From positions 5,015,066 to 5,077,065 of the forward strand of contig NC_057758.1 in NCBI RefSeq assembly GCF_004010195.1: a stretch of 62,000 nt of DNA, given 5' to 3'. Source of the DNA: Chiloscyllium plagiosum. Its lineage: Eukaryota. The position numbers and the translations under genes are program-made. The notes under the pieces were generated by a model. That model was not told the DNA's origin. It searched no databases and was given only the letters and a program-made list of their open reading frames with translations. Shown one piece after another: positions 52,381 through 62,000 of the stretch (positions within the stretch are counted from its first letter, which is position 1; the number at the start of each line of letters is the position of its first letter).

Positions 52381-53544
52381 CAGTTTGGAGATGTTTCAAA
52401 ACAATGCCAGGTATATTTCTGTTGCAATTTATTTCAAAATGCCATTGACAGACCACCGGCTCATGGTGGATAGCTTGTCTGTAGTCTCATTCTTTTGTCA
52501 AAGACGTTCCTCTGAAGGTAAGACGTATTGCAAGACCGTTCCTGTTGATAAGACATGTGAAACTTCCAGGATATTCTCTATCTAACCAGTGTGATAAACT
52601 ATGTAAAATGCTGGTTAGCATTATCTATTTTTTCTCACTTTTCCTGACCGGGAATCGCCAGTTTCATCTTCCAAATGTGCCAAGAAGGCTTCAGCTGCTC
52701 TCTTATGTTTTATTTATTTATACATAGCACTTCGTGCTATTTCTCGTTGTTTACAGGCAATTTATTTTCCTAATTAGTTTCCTCCAATTTTATCTGTTTC
52801 AAATCGGTCAATTGCTGCATCGGTAAAAAAATGCAGTTATCTTGCCTACCAGCAGTGTTCATCATTTGGTGTGTTTTTTTTTCTATTGTGCACTTATGTT
52901 GATTACTTTTCTTAATCATGGAAGGGTCATCGTCTTACAGATTCCTCTTCGATCATTATGAAACATATTGTCAGTTACCTGCCTTTGTTTATCAAATAAG
53001 CTTCCCCTTCGTCCTTTTTTCCAGCTCATGTCGATCATTAAGTAAGTAAAAGTGACTGAGCTGCGGATTTGACACTTTTCTTTTCTCAAGCCGTCAAGGG
53101 GTGGGTTCCAGGAGGGTGAGGATGGGTGAGGGCTTCCTAATCTGGTTAAACACATGATCACCTTAACAGTGAAACACTCACTTTCAAAGGATAGCCAGAA
53201 AACACGTTTCAAAGACAAAAGTCAAACTTGCTGGAATGCCCTGTCTCGGAAGGAGAACCAAGTGTGATATACTGGCAAGTAAATAACAGTACAAGCAACA
53301 CCATGGCACCACTGAATTAACAGAGGATACATTCACGTTTAGTGACGGTAACAGAGGGAAACACATTAGTTTCAAACATCGCTTTAGGCAGCGCTGAAAG
53401 GGAGAAGGGTTGACAAAGACATTAATAAGGATATGGAGGAATAGACTAAATTGAAAAGTGATGCCAAAGTCGAACCCTCATAAGAATAATCACATAAAAA
53501 TAGGTATTAGCACAGCAGAATTCAGTGCAGGTTAGCAATCATCG

Positions 53545-56500
53545 CAGTGATGGGCGAATGGGGCAGTTTCGATCACCGAGTATATGGAAGATGGGTGAAT
53601 GGGACAGGGTAGGTCCGTGTGCACAGGGATGATGGATGACTTGGACAGTGTCAGTCACTGTGTACAGAGGAGATTGGTGAACGGACAGTATAGTAAAGGG
53701 GTGATGAGTGAATGGGACAGTGTAGGACAGTGTGTTCAGGGATGACCAGTGAATGGGACAGTTTAGTTCTGAAATTAAAGGGGTGCTGGGTGAATGGGAC
53801 TGTGTAGCTCCGTGAGTACAGCGGTGTCTGAGCAACGCCCATGTGTAGGTTATTGAGTGCAGTGGTGATGAGTGAACGGGACAGTATAGATCAGTGAGGA
53901 CAGGTTTGATGTGTGAACTGGACAGTGCAGCCCAGTGAGTACAGGGGTGATCGGTGAATGGGTCAATATAGGTCAGTGTTGGTCAATGAGTACTGAGGTG
54001 ATGTGTGAATGCGACAGTGTAGGTCAGTGGGTAACAGGGAAATTGGTGAAAGGGACAGTGTAGGTAAGTGAGTACAGGGGTGATGGGTGAATGGGACACA
54101 ATAGATCAGTGAGTATTGAGGTGAAGGGTGAATGAGACAGTTTAGGTCACTGAGTACAGGGTGAATAGTGAATGGGACATGTAGGTTTCCGAATACGGGG
54201 TGATGGATGAGCAGTTCTTTGCAGTTCAATATGTACGGGGTGATGGGTTAACGGGACAGTGTAGGTCAGTGGGTACACGGGTTACGGGTGACCGCGACAG
54301 TGTAGGTACATGACCACAGGGCTAATGGGTGAAGGGGATAGTGTAAGTCAATGAGTTCAGGTGTAATGGATGAATGACACAGTGGAGATCAGTGCCTGCG
54401 TGGGTGTTGGGTGAATGGAACGGTGTCGGTGAGTTAGTTCAGGGATGTTGGCTGAATGAGACACTGCAGGTCAGTAAGTGCAGGGGTGATGGGTGAACGG
54501 GACAGTGTAGTCAGTGACGGGAGTGGTGATGAGTGAATGGGATAGGCTAGGTCCGTGGGCAAAGGGATGATGTGTGAATGGAAGAGTGTAAGTCAGTGAA
54601 TGCAGATGTGATGGGTGAATGGGACTGTATAGGTAAGTGATTACAAGGACTGATGGGTGATTGGGACAGTTTTGGTCAGTACGTACATGGTTGTTGGGTG
54701 AATGGGGCAGTGTAGTTCAGTGAACATGGGGTTCTGGGCATAGGAGATGGTGTAGATAAGTGAGCACAGGAATGATGGGTGAACAGGACACTGTAGGTCA
54801 GTGAGTGCAGGGATCATGGGTGAATGGAACAGTGTGTGTCAGTGATACCGGGAGTGATGTGTGAAACGGATATTATACATTGGTGAATACAGGGGCATGA
54901 GTTTACAGGACAGTGTATGCCAGTGATTACCGGGAGTGTTGGGCGATTGGGACAGTTTAGGTCAGTGGGCTCATGGATGATGGGTTATTGGGGCAGTGAA
55001 AGTCATTGAGCACATTGTGTCGGGACCGTGTAGGTAAGTGAGCACTAGGGTGATTGGAGATTGGGATAGTGTCGGTCAGCGAGTATAGTGGTAATGAGTG
55101 AATGGGACAATGTGGGTAAGTGATCACAGGGTTGATGGGTGAATGGAACAGTGCAGCAAGGTAAGTATCAGGCGTGTTGTGTGAATGAGATTGTGTAGGT
55201 CAGTGAGTACAGGGGTGATGACTGAATGGGATAATGTCGATCAGTGAGTAAAGGGGTGTTGGGTGAACGGGACAATGTAGGTAAATAAGCACGGGGTGAT
55301 GTATGAATGGGACAGTGTACGTCAGCGAGTCGTGGTGTGTTGGGTAAATGGGACAGTGCAGGCCAGTGAGTACAGGGGTGGTGAGTGAACGGGGATATGT
55401 AGCTCATTGAGGACTGAGTTCTTGGTTGAACGGGGTAATGCAGGCCAGTGAGTAGAGGGGTAATGGGTGAACGGGATAGCGTGCGTCAGTGAGTTCAGTG
55501 ATGATACCTGAATGGGAGCGTGTAAGTTAATGAGTACAGTAGTGATGGGTGATCGGGACAGTGTGTGTCAGTGATTACCGGGAGTGATGGGTGATTGGGA
55601 CAGTTTAGGTCAGACGAATGGGGCAGAGTATGTCAGTGAGTACAGGGATGATGGGCGTTCTGAACTGTGTAGGTAAGTGAGCACGGGGTGATGGGTGATT
55701 GGGACAGTGTCGGTCAGTGAGGAGAGGGGTGATGAATGAGTGGTACAGTGTAGGGAGGTGAATGTAGGGGTAATGGGTGAACGGGATAGTCTTGGTCAGT
55801 GGCACGCGGTGATGCGTGAATGGGAGAGTATAAGTCAGTGAATGCCGATGAGAGATGTGAATAGGATTGTGTAGGTAAGTGATTATTAGGGTGATGTGTG
55901 AATGAGACAGCGTAGTTACATGAGTACAGGAATGGTGGGTGAACAGGACAGTGTAGTTCTGTGAGTAGCGGAGCGGTTGGTAAAACGGAGAGTATCGCAC
56001 AGTGAGTACAGGATTGATGGGTGAATGAGACAGTGTAGGTCAGTGAATACAGGGTGATGAGTGAATGGGACAGTTTAGGTAAGTGAGTGCAGGTGTGATG
56101 GTGAAGGGGACGGTGTCGGTCAGTGAGTAAAGTGGTGATGAATGAATGGGACAGTGTAGGTAGGTGACTATAGGGATAATGGGTGAGCGGGATAGCCTAA
56201 GTCAGTGTAGGTGATGCGTGAATGGGAGATGGTGTTTGTGACAGTGTCGGTCAATGAGAAGAATGGTGATGAGTGAATGGGACAGTGTAGGTACTTGTGC
56301 ATAGGAATTATGGGTGGATGCAAGAGTGTAAGTCAGTGAATGCAGATGTGGTGGGTGAATGGCACTGTGTAGGTAAGTGATTATCAGGGTGATGTGTCAA
56401 TGGGACAGTGTAGGTAAGTGAGCACGGTGTTATTGCTGTTTGTGACAGTGTCGTGACAATGAGAAGAGTGGTGATGAGTGAATGGGACAGTGTAGGTACG

Positions 56501-56705
56501 TGAGTACAGGGATGATAGTTGAACAGGACAATGTAGTACTGTGAGTACAGGAGCGGTAGGTAAACGGGACGGTGTCGCTCAGTGAATGCAGTTGTGATGG
56601 GTGAATGGGACAGTGGAGGTCATTCAGTACAGGGGTAACGGGGGAACAGAGCTGTGTAAGTCTATGAGCACAGGGGTGATGTGTGAACCGGACAGTGTAG
56701 GTCAA
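53545..56705 (+). repeat. Degenerate minisatellite, 41-bp unit (consensus about GGGTGATGGGTGAATGGGACAGTGTAGGTCAGTGAGTACAG), roughly 77 copies
   Basis: cagtgagta at 55201 and 55242; the pattern persists throughout the span. Confidence 0.93.
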
Positions 56706-56709
56706 TCTG

Positions 56710-57050
56710 TACGGGAAGAAATGTGAGTGATGATCGGTCTGAGTTGTAACATAGGCAATAGAGTTGAGGATGAGCTGAAAGATATGGACAGTACAACTAC
56801 GATGTCACTAAGATTAGTATTGAACAGGTTTAGTCTCGATCTACCACAGATATTGAGAACGATTTTTTTTAGCAGCGGGTCTGAAGCACAAGCAGAAAAG
56901 GAGGATTTAATTGACGTGGAAGTAGGTTAATGTCTTGGTGGTAGAATTGAAAAGTGGTAAAAAACACAGTTCAGTGTGAAGTAGAATGCTGACGTTGTAC
57001 ACCAACTGGTTCAGAATCAGATATTGGCTAGGACAGGAATAAAGTCAGTA
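56710..57050 (-). mobile_element. L2 LINE ORF2 remnant contiguous with the 41-bp array
   Basis: The minus strand gives TYFHVN*I and SRLN.FN, resembling the L2 motifs AYFHLRNI and SRLDYxN that precede ITPVL..LHWLP. Confidence 0.6.
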
Positions 57051-59177
57051 TGTATGGGAGACAGTGTGTAGAGATGAACGATGTCGGCTCCTCCGGTTTA
57101 ATTGCACACTCAGAACTCATTAATTCAGTAATTATCATGGAACATGAGGCAGAAACAGAAATGAATTTACGGAAACAGGAAACAACACTTATTCCATCTT
57201 TGGTGTGATGGTTATGGTAAGTGTTTCACTATTTGGACAATGCTATAATTTCCAACCGATGGTTCACCATCACATGGCACAGTTTGCGTAATATGCAGAG
57301 CACAGCTCCCTCATTATCTTCCTGGTGTGGAGATTTAAAATTGCAGTAAGGATGCCATACTACAGTTTTACAAGACATTCGTGAGATTACATCCTGAATT
57401 CCATGTGCAGATTTGGACAGTAGCTTTTTTTTTTGTTTCTGTAAACATGTTGGCGACTGGCCAGAGGGAGGAAAGTTGTCAAGCTGGCGTTGTTTCCATG
57501 GGTGTTCTGATGATTGAGGAGTGACTTTATAATTTCCTGTAAAATCTTCGCAATGTGTGTGCGATAATGATCAATTAGCTTGTTGATGAGTTTTCGGCCA
57601 GCACAGGCACTCGGGTTCAATCAGTCGTAATCATATTGAATATCAGAATGGAGGGGCCAAATGCCCACTTCAGCTCGTAGTCCCTGTGGATCTCCCTGTA
57701 CAATTACTTTCTGGATGATATCCTTTTCATCAATACTAACTTCATCTAATTATTCGCAAGTACTCCTTGTGGAATCTATAATGTCCTCTGTGGAAAGTCA
57801 GCAGTGTTCCTAAGACACCATCTTCTAAAACTACAAACACATCGATCGAAAAGTAGAGTGCAGTATGCACATCGGAACACCATCATTTACGAGGTCTCCT
57901 CCAAGCCACTTGCCATCCTGACTTGGAAATATATCAACATATCATTGTTCTTTCAGGGTTTCTCCAAATCCTGTAACACCTCTCCCCCCTCCCCCACCCC
58001 TCACACACCCGCCCCACTGAATGGTATTATGTTTCAATCTACACCAACTGGACTGCAGCAGGCCAACAAATAGCTGACTGCCATTTTGTTCCAGGCAACT
58101 TTGGATAGAAAATAAACGCTGGCCCAGCCAATAACACACACAATCCATAGATATGTTAAACTTAATACAAGTTACTCAGTTCACTGGTACTGCTCGGTGA
58201 TTTTCTCTCCTCCATCCATAATGACAGAAACAATGTGTACAGCTACCATGCAGCAGGTAACCTGCATGACCTAATGGATACCTCGAAGGATTGCATCCTG
58301 GGAATTGATGGAAATCATATTCACGTCTGCCTGGGAAGTTCCACATCATAGAAATTCACTAAAACTGTGACGTTAATGGCCACTGGAAACACATCCCTCA
58401 ACGTGGTGTGACACTGAATATTTAGTTGGAAGTGGTGACCCAGCTCTGACACCACCTCCTCTTTGAACCAGGCTTGCCTCACTCTGCTGTTACAATTTGT
58501 GGGAAACTTTTCCTGCACGTCAGGATTTATCAGGTGCACAAATTGCCTCACGTCCTCAATTTACCCCACCATCTTCCTCCTATTTCTTTTCTGAGCTTTT
58601 CCTCTCTGCAGTCTTTGCTTAGTTTTTCACTGACTTTTCAGCTCCTCATTGAATCGATGCCGCAGCTCAAACGCAACCGCAACAAAAGCATGCACAGCAC
58701 CGACGCAAACTTTCTGATGGTTCAAGTGCATTACATTTCAAAAACACAGAGGATGCCCATTCGCTATTTAGCAAACCAGTCTCCTTTCCTTAACTTTGCA
58801 CCTTTATGTTAATTCCATTTTCTTAAGAAATACTTTCAGATTTGAAAATTGGACTTTTCATCCTTCCATAGAAGTATTTGACAGTGTAGCTCGTACTGTT
58901 TACTGAAGTGCAGCTTCTCGAACACCAGTGGTGCCTGTTGAGGTAAACACCACACTCAGACAAAGAAACAGAGGGAAAGAAATTCTCTTGAATAGGGTAT
59001 TGCATATGTATGGAAATGGAAAGAATTTTCTGGACAAAATGTTAAGGCCGAGGAAAAGGACTCATCTTTCTTTTCGGTAATTTTTTAAAACATATGGGCA
59101 ATATGGGAAATAGCAGTTTTTCGTGTCAATCCTGTAATTCCCTGAATTGGGAGGCTTGCTCAACCATTCTGGAGGAC

Positions 59178-59356
59178 AAGAGTGTGGTGCTGGAAAAGCA
59201 CAGCCCGGCAGGCAGCATCAGAGAGGCAGCAGAATCGACATTTCGAGCATAAGCACTTTGTTAGGATGTCCTCGGATGCTGCCTGACCGGCTGTGCTTTT
59301 TCAGAACCAAACTCTTTGACTCTGAACTCAAGCATCTGCAGTCTTCACCTTCTCCT
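59178..59356. mobile_element. Older palindromic Penelope-end element
   Basis: Imperfect inverted arms. Flanked by attctggaggac and attccagaggac (degenerate 12-bp TSD). Confidence 0.7.
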
Positions 59357-60036
59357 ATTCCAGAGGACACTTCAAGGCCAATGACATTTTTGCTTTCCGA
59401 AGTCACAGATAAGACAGACCGAGCAAAGAATGTTATAATATTTTTCTAATGGACATGCACGAACCACGTAATTCACTAAAATCTACTTTCAGTCATGATG
59501 ACCGCAGATTTATTGTTAATTATCGCAGCTGCAAGTGTGTGGGGTAGAATTTGCCCATGCCACCACAGCACGAACCTGTGGATTTGGGTTATTGTATATC
59601 ACAACAATACCGTCGTGTCCCAAGATAATGTCATCTGTTGGCAGAACAACAGGTAAAGTTCCCTGTTGAATTCTTACTACTAGAAGTGGAGAGGGAAAAG
59701 TATTGGAATACAACTTGCATAGGAAATAAGTACAGATAATTCAGCAGCTGGAGTGAGACTGATATGGAAACAAGAGATATTGTGCAGTCAATAATGTACA
59801 GTATTATTGCTGGGTCGAACATGGAGACAAAGTCAATTCAGGGCAAGGTTACTCATGAAGGTTGTGAACTGTTTTTTTTCCTCCTTTGGTTTTAGCTTTA
59901 AACTTGTTTGATGAGAAATAAAGTTTATGAATGAAAATGATTACAGTTGCTTCAATCTTTTCTGAACTTAAATAAATAGGACAGTAATTCAAAGCAACAA
60001 GGTAAGTAGAGTTAATGGTCGGATAGAGAGACTCAC

Positions 60037-60217
60037 CAGGAACACCAACGATAGCGAGGATAGGAAAGTATCCAGCTTGGACCACCCAAAATGCACCCCA
60101 GAGCCGATAGGATAATGGTATTCGATCACGAAAAAGCCAGGAAAGACCCAAAGGTAAACTCCTGTACATTGTTGGAACATTCCAGTTTATTGATCTAAGA
60201 CTCTGATCCATTGTCAT
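60037..60217 (-). CDS. First coding exon (N-terminus to mid-TM1) of a GPR139/GPR142-like orphan class A GPCR, copy A, apparently intact
   Basis: Reads MTMDQSLRSINWNVPTMYRSLPLGLSWLFRDRIPLSYRLWGAFWVVQAGYFPILAIVGVP+G, then a canonical donor CCTG|GTGAGT. Length 181 nt (phase 1) matches the phase of the exon-2 acceptor at 26067, and joining gives ...GVPVNVMTI (TM1 Asn). Confidence 0.85.
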
Positions 60218-60339
60218 AACGTGCCAGTCTGAAATTTTAAGATTCTGACCTCTTGTATGCTTTGCTGTGTAGCTGCTGATACCTGTTCGTGTCGGAGGTG
60301 ATGCACACGATCATTCTATGGAGTAACACATCGAGCGCA

Positions 60340-60430
60340 GTCCCTTATTCATAAGAGTGATAAATCCTCCAGTGACACGTTTTGAATCATGGGGACTGAC
60401 ATTTATTACAGTCACTGAGCAAACAGATCC
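60340..60430 (-). promoter_or_regulatory. Putative promoter block upstream of first exon A
   Basis: Non-coding block shared with the other copies: gactgacatttattacagtcactgagcaaacag vs 41358 gactgacatttatcatcgtcacccaacaaacag, and aaatcctccagtgacacgttttgaatc vs 20475 aaatcttccagcgacaacgtttggatc. Confidence 0.5.
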
Positions 60431-62000
60431 ATTTAACTCCTTTTATTTTAACACATGTTCTCTCACAATAAACATAATATCGAGCCAATCTGGGTAGAAG
60501 GCATTGCAGAGAATGCGGGAAACATATATAGAAATAGGAGCGGGAATGAGCAGAAACATTCTATCCTCAGAGGACATAATCGATTCAGCAGATGATTGAA
60601 GAGTTGTACAGAAAATAAAATGATATAAACACTAGAAAAATACCCATTGTTTTCATAATCATCAAATAATTTTGGAAAATTCAAGAATGCAAGATGTGGA
60701 GAAAAGAGTTGCTGTTCAGAAAACATACATTCATAAGGAAAATAAAGCAATCTGTGTTTGTGAATAAAAAAATTGTACCGAGTCCATTCTGTCCTTTGAC
60801 AGAGTAGCTTGCAGTGCGTATTATGAGATGGAGATCATTATGCCTCAAGGTGCATCAGAACCTAATATAATGTCATTTAGTTGAACTTGTTTAGGAAACA
60901 GAATCCAATCAATTGAAGTGGTGTGAGAAACTGGACATGGCATTGAACAAAAATACAGAAAACAGGGAAGTGAAGAGAGATGGTTGTTCTGATATTAATC
61001 ACTTGGCATCAGTATTTGTGCAGTGCATTTGTGGAATGATATCAAATAAATCAAATGGAGAGTTCACTGAAGGAATCCAGAGGAATGAAATACAAGATCT
61101 GACATTGTAAAAGAAAACAAAAGACTGTGAGCAGGAAGACCGGGACATAAGCGTGTCAGAACTGGGTTTCTCCGTTTCAAACATCGAGTCTCCAAATGAC
61201 AGGAGGTACTTATTCGCCCAGATTTCATTTTCACCATTTGAAATTTTTCTATCAGGGAGTAACGGAGACTTTTTATTCGTATTTTAATGGTGAGTCAAGT
61301 CCTGAATACGTATTACACCCGAAACATTGACTTCATTTCCTGATGCTGCCTGGCCTACTGTGTTCTTTTAAGCCCGTGCGTGTCTACCTTGGATTCCTGA
61401 ATCCCCCGTGTTCTTTGCCTGGAACATGTTTGAACATCTGAAATGACTGCATTTGTTCCTATGTTTGATCTTGTAAAACACAGCTTCTACTTTGTTGAGT
61501 AGGAACACAATTTAGAAGTAATAAATCTCCATTTTAAGATTGACGAAAGGATATAATTTCCTTCTTAGAATTAAGCTCTATTTAGCATTCTGCTTGCCAG
61601 GGAGGAGGACAATCTAATTCACTGACGGTACTCAAGTTTTACCTTCATAGTTTGTTGATGGAAAAAGCATTAATGTTTACTTAGATGGGACAGGAAAGGA
61701 GTGTTCCGCCACAGTCAGATCAGCCATGAGCATTCTGAATAGTACAGTAGGCGTGTGGGGCTCAATGACAACTGCTGTTTTTACACATGCTTTTGACTTT
61801 TAATCAATACTTTAAGGCTGCTATTGTGGCCAAAGAATAGACGATTCAACCAATCAGGATTGTTACCCTCGGAAAGAGCATTTGTTTCCTCTAAAATTAT
61901 AAACAGCCGTACAATGATATAATTGAATTCTCTGATTATGTTACACGACACAGAACGATGACTATAAAATTCCAAGAACAACAACAGAGATTTCCTACGC

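Overview
Eukaryotic, repeat-rich genomic DNA. The HE1-type V-SINEs, CR1/L2/RTE LINEs and Penelope-like elements point to a cartilaginous fish, probably a shark (inference). The only host-gene content is a decaying minus-strand tandem cluster of two-exon GPR139/GPR142-like orphan GPCR genes. I find three paralogous first exons (60037-60217 intact; 41016-41173 and about 20055-20350 disabled), each with a homologous upstream block. I find only one second exon (25149-26067), which is frameshifted and whose last 16 codons come from a putative solo LTR. The introns hold a near-full-length CR1, Penelope elements, about 10 short Penelope-end copies with a hammerhead-ribozyme-like core (several as long palindromes), and five unrelated 1.2-3.2 kb minisatellite arrays (23, 26, 37, 38 and 41 bp units). 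Two arrays appear to derive from neighbouring motifs of the L2 LINE ORF2 C-terminus. There are three assembly gaps. All alignments were done by eye, and boundaries of degraded repeats are approximate.
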